Shown here: piece by piece, positions 1 to 9,583 of the stretch
How positions within the stretch are numbered: the first letter of the stretch is position 1
Layout: the number at the start of each line of letters is the position of its first letter
DNA from: an uncultured Collinsella sp.
GTDB lineage: Bacteria; Actinomycetota; Coriobacteriia; Coriobacteriales; Coriobacteriaceae
Length of the DNA stretch: 64,000 nt
NCBI GenBank assembly: GCA_900542175.1
Contig: UQNC01000001.1
Location: 6,831 to 70,830, forward strand
Direction of reading: 5' to 3'
Notes under the pieces: generated by a model
The model's database searches: none
What the model was told of the DNA's origin: nothing
Seen by the model: the letters and a program-made list of their open reading frames with translations, nothing else
Made by a program: the position numbers and the translations under genes

Positions 1-43
1 GACACGGAAGAGGTCAGAAGTTCAAATCTTCTAACGCCCACCA
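1..43 (+). tRNA. 3' end of a tRNA (T-arm, acceptor 3' strand and CCA); the 5' part lies outside the window. A tmRNA 3' domain is not excluded.
   Basis: T-stem agaag / T-loop TTCAAAT / cttct, a 7-nt acceptor strand, a discriminator base and a terminal CCA at 41-43. A low-GC tract follows. Confidence 0.4.
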
Positions 44-382
44 AATGTTCGCAGCTCAGAGGCTATGTCCTCTGGGCTGTTTTGTTTTGCTACCAAGCAC
101 GCCGTCAAATATGCCACCAAATATTGATCCAAGGTCCCCGTAGAGGTGCCGGCAGATTGCATACGTTCTGGCCGACCGTGACCGCAACATGTTGGTCAAG
201 CATAATCTTTTGGATTCTTTTGGCGTGAGCGGCTTGGTTTTGGTAGGATTTGTCGGCGGCTTGACTAAGGGGGTTTTATAACTGCCATGCAGGTAGCCGT
301 GTTGGTAACGTTTTACCGACTTGCCAAGAACCCCTCATAATTAATGCGTCTGCAAAATGACTAATTGCTTTGACCTGCTGAA

Positions 383-398
383 ACACTATATGTTGTGT
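383..398 (+). promoter_or_regulatory. NrdR-box-like palindrome upstream of nrdD
   Basis: ACACTATATGTTGTGT resembles the 16-bp NrdR operator consensus (acaCwAtATaTwGtgt). It lies about 270 nt upstream of nrdD and is flanked by a direct repeat TTTGACCT. Confidence 0.35.
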
Positions 399-654
399 TT
401 GACCTAAAAAAAGAATACAGGATATAGATGCCTCTTTGTCGTATGATAGATGGCGGACAGAGAACGAGAACCTTATTCGCCCCATTTGGATAGATCTTTG
501 AGCCCCTTGATTGGCTGCGAGGATTGTCCGCATGAGGGACTATGGTTATCGAGAACACAGATTGCGCGACGGCGCCGCAAGACAGGGGCACGCCCTGCCG
601 GGCATCGTTTGGCTCTGAAGCGCAATGAGACTACGACGCGAAAGAGGCAAGAGG

Positions 655-2877
655 ATGAAGATCATCAAGCGCAGCGGCACCGAGGTTGTCTTTGACATCG
701 ATAAGATCGTCAATGCCATCCGTGCCGCAAACTTGGAGGTCGAGGAGAGCTCTCGTCTTACCGACCGCCAGGTGGTTTACGCGGCACAAAACGTCGCCGA
801 GGCATGCGAGAACGCGGGCCACACTGTTTCGGTCGAGGAGATTCAGGATTTGGTCGAGGACGAGATCATGCGTCTCGACTGCTACGAGGTTGCCCGCCAC
901 TACATCATCTATCGCTATGTTCAGAGCCTGAAGCGCCAGAAGAACACGACCGATGACAAGATCCTGTCGCTGATCGAGTGCAACAACGAAGAGGTTAAGC
1001 AGGAGAACTCCAACAAGAACCCGACCGTCAATTCCGTTCAGCGTGACTACATGGCCGGCGAGATCTCCAAGGACCTGACCCAGCGTGTGCTGCTGCCCCA
1101 GGAGATTGTGGATGCTCACAATGAGGGTCTGATTCACTTCCATGATTCGGACTACTTTGCCCAGCACATGCATAACTGCGACCTGGTGAACCTGGAGGAT
1201 ATGCTCCAGAACGGTACTGTTATTTCGGGCACGCTGATCGAGAAGCCGCACAGCTTCTCGACTGCCTGCAACATCGCGACGCAGATTATCGCCCAGGTTG
1301 CTTCCTCCCAGTACGGCGGCCAGTCTATTTCGCTGACCCATCTCGCCCCCTTTGTTGAGGTGAGCCGTCAAAAGATTCGCGGCGAGGTTGCCCGCGAGCT
1401 CGAGGAGCTCGGTGTTTCGGCATCTGCCGAAAAGGTCCGTGAGGTCGTTGAGGACCGTCTGCGTGACGAGATCCGTCGCGGCGTCCAGACGATTCAGTAT
1501 CAGGTCGTGACCCTTATGACCACAAACGGCCAGGCGCCGTTTGTGACGGTCTTTATGTATCTCAACGAGGCTCGCTCAGCGCAGGAGAAGCACGACCTTG
1601 CCATGATCGTGGAGGAGACGCTTCGTCAGCGCTATGAGGGCGTTAAGAACGAAGCCGGTGTGTGGATTACCCCGGCATTCCCCAAGCTTATCTATGTACT
1701 CGAGGACGATAACGTTCACGAGAATTCCCCGTACTTCTACCTGACCCAGCTGGCTGCCAAGTGCACCGCCAAGCGCATGGTGCCCGACTACATCTCCGAG
1801 AAGAAGATGCGCGAGCTCAAGCTGTCTAAGGGCGAGACCGCCGGCAACGGCGATTGCTACACCTGCATGGGTTGCCGCAGCTTCTTGACGCCCGACCGCT
1901 CCGGTAACGGATTTAACAATGTGGCCAACGCGCTGAACTATGACCCGAACAAGCCCAAGTACTACGGTCGCTTTAACCAGGGCGTTGTGACCATCAACCT
2001 GCCCGATGTCGCGCTGAGCTCGCATCAGGACATGGACAAGTTCTGGAAAATCTTCGACGAGCGCCTCGAGCTGTGCCACCGCGCCCTGCTGTGCCGTCAT
2101 GAGCGTCTGATGGGCACGCTTTCGGATGCCGCGCCGATTCTTTGGCAGTACGGTGCCCTGGCGCGTCTGAAGAAGGGCGAGACGATCGATAAGCTGCTCG
2201 TGGGCGGCTATTCCACCATCAGCCTGGGGTATGCCGGTCTGTATGAGTGCGTCAAGTACATGACGGGTCACAGCCACACCGAGAAGGAGGGCACGCCGTT
2301 TGCCATGGCCGTCATGCAGCGCATGAACGACAAGTGCGCCGAGTGGAAGGCCGAAAGCGATATCGACTTCTCACTGTACGGCACCCCGCTTGAGTCGACG
2401 ACCTACAAGTTCGCCAAGTGCCTGCAGCGTCGTTTTGGCATTATCCCGGGCGTGACGGACAAGGGCTACATCACCAACAGCTACCACGTCCACGTGTCCG
2501 AGGAGATCGACGCATTCGACAAGCTCAAGTTCGAGGGCATGTTCCAGCAGCTTTCGCCGGGCGGTGCTATCTCCTACGTCGAGGTTCCCAACATGCAGGA
2601 CAACCTCAAGGCTGTCATTCGCGTGATGCAGTACATCTACGACAACATCATGTACGCCGAGCTCAACACCAAGAGCGACTACTGCCAGGTGTGCGGCTAC
2701 GATGGCGAGATCCGCATTGTCGAGGACGATGGCAAGCTGGTGTGGGAGTGCCCCAACTGCGGCAACCGCGACCAGGAGAAGATGAATGTCGCCCGTCGCA
2801 CGTGCGGCTACATCGGTACCCAGTTCTGGAACCAGGGCCGAACCGAGGAGATCCGCGACCGCGTGCTGCATCTCTAA
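655..2877 (+). CDS. nrdD: anaerobic ribonucleoside-triphosphate reductase (class III RNR)
   Basis: ATP-cone N-terminus, C-terminal CxxC...CPNCGN zinc ribbon and the glycyl-radical motif RTCGYIG; GAGG RBS before the ATG at 655. Confidence 0.95.
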   Translation: MKIIKRSGTEVVFDIDKIVNAIRAANLEVEESSRLTDRQVVYAAQNVAEACENAGHTVSVEEIQDLVEDEIMRLDCYEVARHYIIYRYVQSLKRQKNTTDDKILSLIECNNEEVKQENSNKNPTVNSVQRDYMAGEISKDLTQRVLLPQEIVDAHNEGLIHFHDSDYFAQHMHNCDLVNLEDMLQNGTVISGTLIEKPHSFSTACNIATQIIAQVASSQYGGQSISLTHLAPFVEVSRQKIRGEVARELEELGVSASAEKVREVVEDRLRDEIRRGVQTIQYQVVTLMTTNGQAPFVTVFMYLNEARSAQEKHDLAMIVEETLRQRYEGVKNEAGVWITPAFPKLIYVLEDDNVHENSPYFYLTQLAAKCTAKRMVPDYISEKKMRELKLSKGETAGNGDCYTCMGCRSFLTPDRSGNGFNNVANALNYDPNKPKYYGRFNQGVVTINLPDVALSSHQDMDKFWKIFDERLELCHRALLCRHERLMGTLSDAAPILWQYGALARLKKGETIDKLLVGGYSTISLGYAGLYECVKYMTGHSHTEKEGTPFAMAVMQRMNDKCAEWKAESDIDFSLYGTPLESTTYKFAKCLQRRFGIIPGVTDKGYITNSYHVHVSEEIDAFDKLKFEGMFQQLSPGGAISYVEVPNMQDNLKAVIRVMQYIYDNIMYAELNTKSDYCQVCGYDGEIRIVEDDGKLVWECPNCGNRDQEKMNVARRTCGYIGTQFWNQGRTEEIRDRVLHL

Positions 2878-2950
2878 TACCGCTCCGGGGCTGAACCGAG
2901 AGGGCCGCTTGGGCATTTGCTCGCTATTTCGGACAGTCCTGCGCAAGACG

Positions 2951-2980
2951 AAGGCCACATTAAGTGGCCTTCTTTGCGTG
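2951..2980 (+). terminator. hairpin with U-tract after nrdD (possible partial terminator or attenuator inside the nrdDG operon)
   Basis: aaGGCCACattaaGTGGCCtt followed by CTTTGCG. It is nested inside a longer 22-bp inverted repeat (2893-2915 / 3002-3025). Confidence 0.4.
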
Positions 2981-3304
2981 CGGAACTCATATCGAGCAAA
3001 AGCCCAAGCGGCCCTCTCGGCTCAGCCAAGTTGACGTAGCTGAGATGCAGCGCGCGGTCTGCTCACTCCTCGAAGTTCTTAGCGGAAATAATTTGAGCTG
3101 CAGCTGCGATTTACTTGCGATGGCGGTTGAGCTGCAGCTGAGTATTTATTGGACCTCGAACCCTATGCTCGATGTTCGCTTCGTTCATTGAGTTACCCTT
3201 TGCATGAGGCCGGGACATATCGTCCCGCCCGCAGTTTCGCAGGCCGAAGGCCGAGAATGTTTGAGGACGGGAAGATATGTCCCGGCCTCCCGGGAGAGTT
3301 ACTT

Positions 3305-3886
3305 ATGAACTACGCGAACATTAAGTATTTCGATATTGCTGATGGTGAAGGCGTTCGTACTTCTCTGTTTGTGAGTGGGTGCCGTCGTGGGTGCAAGAAT
3401 TGCTTTAACTCTGTCGCGTGGGACTTTGCTGCGGGCGAGCCGTTCGATCGCGCCGTCGAGGACAAAATTATCGAGAGTCTCGACCATCCCTTTAACGACG
3501 GTCTGACAATTTTGGGCGGCGAGCCCATGGAACCTGAGAACCAGGCGGGACTCGTTGATTTTGTCGAGCGTGTTCGCGCGGCCTATCCATCGGGGTCGGG
3601 AAAGACTATTTGGTGCTTTACCGGCGATGTGCTCGAGGAGCTTATGCCGGGCGGTCGTCATCATACCGAGGTGACGGACCGCATCCTTACCTGTCTTGAT
3701 ATGTTGGTGGACGGCCCGTTTGTTCAGGACCTGTACGATATCACGCTGCGCTTTAGGGGCTCGAGCAATCAGCGCGTGATTGATATGAACGCTACGCGCG
3801 CCCGTGCTGAGCGCGAGGGCGTTGCGCTTTGTGATGCGGTTGAACTTTGGCGTGATGATCCGATCTATTCGACCCATACTATGTAG
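3305..3886 (+). CDS. nrdG: anaerobic ribonucleotide reductase activating protein (radical SAM)
   Basis: MNYANIKYFDIADGEGVRTSLFVSGCRRGCKNCFN is the typical NrdG N-terminus with the CxxxCxxC cluster. The start is taken at the internal ATG at 3305, not the ORF start at 3149. Confidence 0.9.
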   Translation: MNYANIKYFDIADGEGVRTSLFVSGCRRGCKNCFNSVAWDFAAGEPFDRAVEDKIIESLDHPFNDGLTILGGEPMEPENQAGLVDFVERVRAAYPSGSGKTIWCFTGDVLEELMPGGRHHTEVTDRILTCLDMLVDGPFVQDLYDITLRFRGSSNQRVIDMNATRARAEREGVALCDAVELWRDDPIYSTHTM

Positions 3887-3952
3887 CTTGTGGTCGATGC
3901 CGGAGGGCGTGGTACCATAGCGAGAACGCAAAATCGGAAAAGTGAGGCCCAG

Positions 3953-4510
3953 ATGGTCGATCAGGAAAAAGTCGAGGCCGCCATTAAGCTGTTGCTTGAG
4001 GGCATAGGCGAGGACCCAACTCGTGAGGGCCTGCTGGAGACCCCGGCGCGCGTTGCCCGTATGTATGGTGAGATCGCCGGCGGTATGGACCAGAGTGCCG
4101 AGGAACACCTGTCCAAAACCTTTGCCGTCGCTTCGAACGATTTAGTTATCGAGCGCGACATCACGTTCTACTCGCTGTGTGAACATCATCTGCTGCCGTT
4201 TTATGGCAAGGCCGCCATTGGTTATATCCCTAACGGTCGGGTGGCTGGGCTTTCCAAGCTCGCCCGCACGGTTGAGGTCTACGCCCGTCGTCTGCAGCTG
4301 CAGGAGCAGCTGTGTGCGCAGGTTGCCGACGCCCTCATGGATTATCTCGCTCCCCAGGGAGCGATTGTGTTCATGGAAGCTGAGCATATGTGCATGACGA
4401 TGCGCGGCGTGCAAAAGCCCGGCACCAAGACCGTGACGCTCGCTCGCCGCGGCGTCTTTGAGACCGATCCGGCGCTCGAGGAGCGATTCTTTAGGATGCT
4501 GGGCCGCTAA
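3953..4510 (+). CDS. folE: GTP cyclohydrolase I
   Basis: The conserved FolE core [13 protein letters not shown]..., CEHHLLPF and the C-terminal histidine-containing motif are present. The RBS GTGAGG precedes the ATG at 3953. Confidence 0.9.
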   Translation: MVDQEKVEAAIKLLLEGIGEDPTREGLLETPARVARMYGEIAGGMDQSAEEHLSKTFAVASNDLVIERDITFYSLCEHHLLPFYGKAAIGYIPNGRVAGLSKLARTVEVYARRLQLQEQLCAQVADALMDYLAPQGAIVFMEAEHMCMTMRGVQKPGTKTVTLARRGVFETDPALEERFFRMLGR

Positions 4511-4512
4511 CC

Positions 4513-5094
4513 ATGAGAGTCGTCAACGACTTTACATCGAAGACCGATGAGGGCACGTCGCGTCGCGGCTTTATGGCTTCGGGCCTGGCCCCCTTTGGTG
4601 CCATGCCTCGCATTGATTACATTTGTGCCAACGGGCTGTTCCGGCGGCACCTGGGCAACATTGCACAGTTGGAATCGGGTCGCATCTTCTGCCGCCACGG
4701 TATTGACCATCTGCTCGATGTCGCTCGCATTATGTGGATCAAGAATCTCGAGGAAGAGCTCGAATTTGACCGCGAGGTCATCTACGCTACGGCACTTCTT
4801 CACGATATCGGCAAAGATGAACAGTATGAATCGGGTATATCCCATGATGTTGCAAGCGAGCGCGTCGCTGATGCAATACTCGCCGGCATGCCCGATGGCG
4901 TGGCGTTTGAGCCGGCCGATGCCGCAGCAATTAAGACGGCCATTCTGGGCCATCGAAAGCTGCGCGTGAACAGCCAACCGCTTGAGCGTCTGCTCTATGC
5001 AGCCGACAAAGCGTCGCGCGCCTGCTTTGCATGTCCCGCGCGCAATGCTTGCAACTGGAGCGATGATAAAAAGAACCTGTCGATTCGCGTGTAG
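4513..5094 (+). CDS. HD-domain metal-dependent phosphohydrolase
   Basis: HD motif LLHDIGKD. Translationally coupled to the folE stop and sits between folE and folB. Confidence 0.7.
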   Translation: MRVVNDFTSKTDEGTSRRGFMASGLAPFGAMPRIDYICANGLFRRHLGNIAQLESGRIFCRHGIDHLLDVARIMWIKNLEEELEFDREVIYATALLHDIGKDEQYESGISHDVASERVADAILAGMPDGVAFEPADAAAIKTAILGHRKLRVNSQPLERLLYAADKASRACFACPARNACNWSDDKKNLSIRV

Positions 5095-5137
5095 TTAGTT
5101 TGCGCGGTCGGGGTTCTAAACGAAGGAGACGATCGCG

Positions 5138-5623
5138 ATGAGTAACAAGAAACTGCCCGAGAATGCAACCAAGACTGAGGGTGCTGAGCTCGCCCGTCGT
5201 GGTAGGGGTGAAATTTCTACTGCGACGGCGGTGCCTCACGTGAGCTATGACGATTTGCGCCATGCCGATCGTATTGTCATTGACGGCCTTGAGGTTTTTG
5301 CCAACCATGGCGTGTATCCCGAGGAGAACGCGCTGGGTCAGAAGTTCATCGTTTCTCTGGTGCTCTATGCCGACCTGCGCGCGGCGGGGGAGCACGATAA
5401 CCTGGACGCCTCGATTGACTATGGCTCGGTGTGCCACGATGTTGATGGCTATCTGCGCGAGCATACGTTTAAACTCATCGAGGCGGCAGCCGAGGGGACA
5501 GCCCAGATGCTGCTGCGCCGCTATCCCTCGCTGCTTGGTGTGCGCATAAAGCTCGATAAGCCGTGGGCTCCTGTTGGCCTGCCCCTGGCAAGTTGCGGTG
5601 TCGAGATCGAGCGCGTGCGCTAA
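5138..5623 (+). CDS. folB: dihydroneopterin aldolase
   Basis: IVIDGLEVFANHGVYPEE...GQKFIVSL matches the FolB family; GAAGGAG RBS. Confidence 0.85.
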   Translation: MSNKKLPENATKTEGAELARRGRGEISTATAVPHVSYDDLRHADRIVIDGLEVFANHGVYPEENALGQKFIVSLVLYADLRAAGEHDNLDASIDYGSVCHDVDGYLREHTFKLIEAAAEGTAQMLLRRYPSLLGVRIKLDKPWAPVGLPLASCGVEIERVR

Positions 5624-5629
5624 CCGGTT

Positions 5630-6439
5630 CTAATACGTCTCTATGGGTGGCTGCTTGAGCCGCTGCGACAGAGCTCTATTGTTGGGGCAGTACGTGTCGA
5701 GCAGGGCGTGAAACCGCTGATTGTGGCTTGGCTCGAGCAAGTGGACGAGCTCGTGGGCGACAACCATGTCGAGACACTCGATGGGATAGGCGGCGAGCTC
5801 GCGTGCGATGCGAATGGCTCCGGTCTTGGGCGTGCATGAGCCCCAACGCGTTTTCATGCTGCGCACGGAAACGCGGGCCACGGTGACGCCCATTGCGATT
5901 TCGTACGCGTGCACGATGTCGCGTAGCGCTGCGGTGACCTCGGTCGTATAAAGCTGGCTGATGTGGGCTTGGAGCTCATCGGACGTTAGGTCGTCGAGGA
6001 TTGCGTGCCGCTTGGCCTGTGGGCCTCCGTTCGATTCGTCGGTACCCATAAAACTTGCGAAGGTGGCTTGTTTGGGCCGTGGTGCGGGGGACTCAAAGTT
6101 GTGGTCGAGTGCATCCTGAACGGTGATGGGTTTGCCCCAAAGTGCAATGATGGACGAGGGGCTGAGCGGCTTTCGCACCGTCGCCTGACGTTGCTTGCGC
6201 TGGGCAAGTCGGCTGACAATCCAGGCGCTGTTGCGCTTCACAAATGCCTCGATGCGCTCGCGGCTGGCGCCGAGCGGTGCGCTGGCGTGGACCTCACCGC
6301 TTGATGTGACGCGTAGGTTGAAGTTCTTGACGCGCTTTTTGGTAACGACGACGGAGATGGGCGTCCCATCCGGCCGGGATACAGAAATCGTAAACTGCTG
6401 CGTCAAAAGCGGTCCTTCAGATTGGGGACGGGCCGGCAT
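5630..6439 (-). CDS. M48/WLM-like zinc metallohydrolase (YgjP/DUF45 family)
   Basis: HELVHLLEPSHNQRF HExxH motif near the C-terminus. Internal ATG (MPARPQ) chosen; a 'cat' triplet is at 6437-6439. Confidence 0.7.
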   Translation of the reverse strand: MPARPQSEGPLLTQQFTISVSRPDGTPISVVVTKKRVKNFNLRVTSSGEVHASAPLGASRERIEAFVKRNSAWIVSRLAQRKQRQATVRKPLSPSSIIALWGKPITVQDALDHNFESPAPRPKQATFASFMGTDESNGGPQAKRHAILDDLTSDELQAHISQLYTTEVTAALRDIVHAYEIAMGVTVARVSVRSMKTRWGSCTPKTGAIRIARELAAYPIECLDMVVAHELVHLLEPSHNQRFHALLDTYCPNNRALSQRLKQPPIETY

Positions 6440-6463
6440 GTCGACCGTTCGGCATGCCGGCCC
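6430..6463. terminator. GC-rich hairpin between two minus-strand genes
   Basis: Perfect 11-bp inverted repeat gggccggcatg...catgccggccc, downstream of the dipeptidase stop. Confidence 0.45.
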
Positions 6464-6480
6464 GCTCAAGGGATGTGAAA

Positions 6481-7494
6481 TTAATAACGCTCGAAGAAGG
6501 CAAGCGCGTTGTCGCTGCAGAGCTTCTGCATCACGGTCTTGCCAAAATGCTTGGAAAGCATGTTCTGGAACTCGGGCATCTTGCTGGCATCGGAGAGGAA
6601 GTCGGGTACTGTGGCACCGTCCCAGTCGCCGCCGAGTGCGATGACGTCCTCGCCGCCCAGGTCGAGCCAATGTTCGATATGGGCTGCCAGCTGGTCGAAG
6701 GTGACATCTGCGGCGGTCTCTTTGGTCGCTTCGTTAGAGAGAAACTCGCTGCAGTAGTTGAGGCCGACGATACCGCCCATATCGCGAATGGTGCGGAACT
6801 GGTCGTCGGTGAGATTGCGCTTGACGCCGCAAACCGCACGGGAGTTGGAGTGACTGGCGACGAAGGGGCGCGTGGCGTGGGCGACAACCTCGTCAAAGCA
6901 CTCATCGTTGAGGTGGGAGACGTCGAGTACCATGCCGGCGTGCTCCATCTGCGTAAGTGCCTCGATGCCGGCGGCGGAGAGGCCGGCGTGGGTATCGTGT
7001 CCGCTCGCGAGCGGTCCCTGCGCGTTCCAGCTGAGTGATGACATGAGTACGCCCAAGCTCTTGAGCACCTCGATCAGCGCGGGGTCCTCGGCAAAGAACG
7101 TGGCGTTTTCGATGGTGTGGATGCAGGCGACCTTGCCGTCCTTGAGTGCGGGGCGAATGTCTGCGGCGCTGCGCACGTTGACCATGCGGTCGTGGTTGAG
7201 CATGGCCTGGCCGCTCATGTGCGCCATGATTTGCGCCTGGAAGCGCGCGGCGTGGGCGGTGGGAATCTCGTCGGGGACAAACGTGGCGAAGCACTGTGCC
7301 CACGGCGTGTTGCCGATCTTTGCGAGCGAGATGGCGCAGGCGTTGCCCTCGATGAGGTCGAAATCTTGCGGATGCGTTTCGTCGCCGGGGAAATAACCGT
7401 CGGTGCCGGCGGTAAAGCGCAGGTCGAGATCGAGCGTGGCCCAGCCGATTCGGTCGGCGGTGTCGCAGTGTAGGTCAAATACGGGATATGCCAT
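6481..7494 (-). CDS. membrane dipeptidase (peptidase M19 family)
   Basis: MAYPVFDLHCDTA N-terminus and an (H)x(D) metal site typical of renal-dipeptidase-like enzymes; GGAGGA RBS. Confidence 0.8.
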   Translation of the reverse strand: MAYPVFDLHCDTADRIGWATLDLDLRFTAGTDGYFPGDETHPQDFDLIEGNACAISLAKIGNTPWAQCFATFVPDEIPTAHAARFQAQIMAHMSGQAMLNHDRMVNVRSAADIRPALKDGKVACIHTIENATFFAEDPALIEVLKSLGVLMSSLSWNAQGPLASGHDTHAGLSAAGIEALTQMEHAGMVLDVSHLNDECFDEVVAHATRPFVASHSNSRAVCGVKRNLTDDQFRTIRDMGGIVGLNYCSEFLSNEATKETAADVTFDQLAAHIEHWLDLGGEDVIALGGDWDGATVPDFLSDASKMPEFQNMLSKHFGKTVMQKLCSDNALAFFERY

Positions 7495-7614
7495 GGTTCC
7501 TCCGGTTGCAGCGTTTCTTTGCAAACTGTCATTGAATTGTATGACTAGGGTATAGTTAGCGCCATATGTTCACGGCGGCCTGCGTTGTGCGCCGCCCTTA
7601 TCACGGAGGTTACC

Positions 7615-8043
7615 ATGTCCAACCAGGGCAAGAAGGTCAAGACCCATTATCGCGGCACGCTCGACGACGGCACGCAGTTCGATAGCTCCTACGATCGCGG
7701 CGAGCCGCTGGAGTTCACCTGCGGTGCCGGTCAGATGATCAAGGGCTTCGACGCCGCTGTTGTCGACATGCAGGTGGGCGAGAAGAAGACCGTGCACATT
7801 CCTGCTGCCGATGCCTACGGCGAGCACAATCCCGAGATGGTTCTGACCTTCCCGGCCGAGCAGGTTCCCAACATCGAGCAGATCGAGAAGGGCATGAAGC
7901 TCTTCCTGTCCACGCCGAGCGGTATGCCCGTCCCCGCCGTCGTCATTGACGTGACGCCCGAGGCCGTGACGCTCGACGCCAACCACGAGCTGGCCGGCAA
8001 GGACCTCAACTTTGATATCGAGCTCGTCGAGGTCGAGGGTTAG
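7615..8043 (+). CDS. FKBP-type peptidyl-prolyl cis-trans isomerase (SlyD-like)
   Basis: KVKTHYRGTLDDGTQFDSSYDRGEPLEFTCGAGQMIKGFD FKBP fold with an insert-in-flap arrangement. There is no His-rich tail. Confidence 0.85.
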   Translation: MSNQGKKVKTHYRGTLDDGTQFDSSYDRGEPLEFTCGAGQMIKGFDAAVVDMQVGEKKTVHIPAADAYGEHNPEMVLTFPAEQVPNIEQIEKGMKLFLSTPSGMPVPAVVIDVTPEAVTLDANHELAGKDLNFDIELVEVEG

Positions 8044-8046
8044 AGT

Positions 8047-8625
8047 ATGCCTGAACGCTTGGTTTCGACGACATGTTTGGGAAATCTCAACGATCCGTCC
8101 TATGAACTCCTGCTTCGCCGGGAGCTGGGCGGTGTCTTTGAGGCCGATGAGCTACTGCTCGATTGGGACCAGGCCGATGTATGTGCGTTTGTGGGCGCGA
8201 CGGAGCTGGGGCGCACGGTCGATGTTCGGCTGGATGCTGCCGACGGCGGTCGTCTTGCCGATGGCGACGTGCTCGCCATTGACCGTTCGGGCGTGGTGCC
8301 TGTGGCGGTTGTCGTGCGCCTGCGCAGCGCCGAGGTTTATTTGGTCGAAGTCGACCGCATGGATCCGATTGCGCTCGCGCATGCGTGCTGGGAGATCGGC
8401 AACATGCATGCGCCGCTCTTCCGGGGCGACTCGGACGAGCATACCGTGCGCATGTATACGCCGGTGCAGCCTGTTTTGGGCCGCATGCTCCGGGGTGTCG
8501 AGGGTGTTCGGCTCTCGGTGGTCACGCGCGAGCTCGATGCCAGCCGACGCTTTGCGTCGAGTGCGGCGGAGGTCGTCGTGAGCATGGCTCCCGACTTTAC
8601 CATCGTAAAAAAGACGCGCGGCTAA
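8047..8625 (+). CDS. UreE-like metallochaperone domain protein (orphan; no urease genes in the window)
   Basis: EVYLVEVDRMDPIALAHACWEIGNMHAPLF aligns with the UreE core (E. coli [28 protein letters not shown]). Starts 3 nt after the FKBP stop. Confidence 0.55.
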   Translation: MPERLVSTTCLGNLNDPSYELLLRRELGGVFEADELLLDWDQADVCAFVGATELGRTVDVRLDAADGGRLADGDVLAIDRSGVVPVAVVVRLRSAEVYLVEVDRMDPIALAHACWEIGNMHAPLFRGDSDEHTVRMYTPVQPVLGRMLRGVEGVRLSVVTRELDASRRFASSAAEVVVSMAPDFTIVKKTRG

Positions 8626-8708
8626 GCGCGCGTATGCGCAAGACGGGCTTTGAGGGGCGACCAATCAAAGTCCGTCTTGCTGTTGATAAGAGGCTTTGGG
8701 GGAAGCAT

Positions 8709-9506
8709 ATGGGTCTTGAGGGAATCAAGCTGATTGCATGCGATTTGGACGGCACTTTGCTGCATCCGGGGGAGCGCGAGCCGCGTTCCGAGGCCTTTGG
8801 GCTCATCGATGAGCTGCATCGTCGCGGTATCGTGTTTATGCCGGCGAGCGGCCGTCAATATGCGAGCTTGCGCTATCTGTTTGCCCCGGTGGCCGATGAG
8901 CTCGCCTATGTATGCGAAAACGGAGCCCTGGTGATGAGCGAGGGGCGTGCCGTTGTCAAGCGTTCCATGGAGCGTAGCCTTGCTATGGATATCGCGAATG
9001 CCGTGGTTGCGTATCCCCATGCCGACGTGACCCTTTCGTGCGAGGGGCACCTCTACACCATGAGCGGCAACGATGCGTTCGTCGACCATTTGCGCTATGA
9101 GGTCCACTGCGATGTGGTGGTGGTCGACCGTCCCGAGGACATCGACGAGGACGTCATTAAGATTGCCTTCCAGACGCCCGAGGTTGATCAGCCGGCGGCG
9201 CTGGAGCATTTTGAGCGCCTCTTTAGCGACCGTGTCGACGTGATGACGTCGGGAACCGAATGGACGGACTTTATCGGTTTCGGTTCGGGCAAGGGCTCCG
9301 CGCTTGCCGATTACGGTCGTGCCCTGGGTATTTCGCCCGATGAGATGATGGCGTTTGGCGACAATGAGAACGATCGCGACATGCTCAACGTCGTGGGCCA
9401 TCCCTATCTGATGGAGAGCTGTAACCCCTCTATGCGTGGCATCAACGACCGCGTCCGCTACGTGCGCACGGTCGAAGAAGAGCTGCGTCGTCTACTTGCT
9501 GAGTAG
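8709..9506 (+). CDS. Cof-type HAD-IIB family hydrolase
   Basis: IKLIACDLDGTLL motif I and a C-terminal GDNENDRDML motif. Confidence 0.85.
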   Translation: MGLEGIKLIACDLDGTLLHPGEREPRSEAFGLIDELHRRGIVFMPASGRQYASLRYLFAPVADELAYVCENGALVMSEGRAVVKRSMERSLAMDIANAVVAYPHADVTLSCEGHLYTMSGNDAFVDHLRYEVHCDVVVVDRPEDIDEDVIKIAFQTPEVDQPAALEHFERLFSDRVDVMTSGTEWTDFIGFGSGKGSALADYGRALGISPDEMMAFGDNENDRDMLNVVGHPYLMESCNPSMRGINDRVRYVRTVEEELRRLLAE

Positions 9507-9583
9507 ACATTTGGGACATGTCTAGAAATCTACTTTTTGCTGCAAAGTGCGGAAAGGTGGATTTTAAGGCATGTTCCAAACAT

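Noticed and set aside
1-450. Genomic island integrated at the tRNA
   Set aside because: No integrase, no direct repeat of the tRNA 3' end, and the adjacent genes (nrdDG, folE) are core housekeeping. Only a regulatory-region interpretation is kept.
3095-3142. Possible CRISPR-like repeat (TGAGCTGCAGCTG x2)
   Set aside because: Only two copies of a 13-bp palindromic motif and no regular repeat-spacer periodicity. No CRISPR array or cas genes anywhere in the window.
8385-8708. Long N-terminal extension of the Cof hydrolase overlapping the UreE-like gene
   Set aside because: Different frame overlapping a gene with homology support. The HAD motif I (DxDGT) lies right after the internal ATG at 8709.
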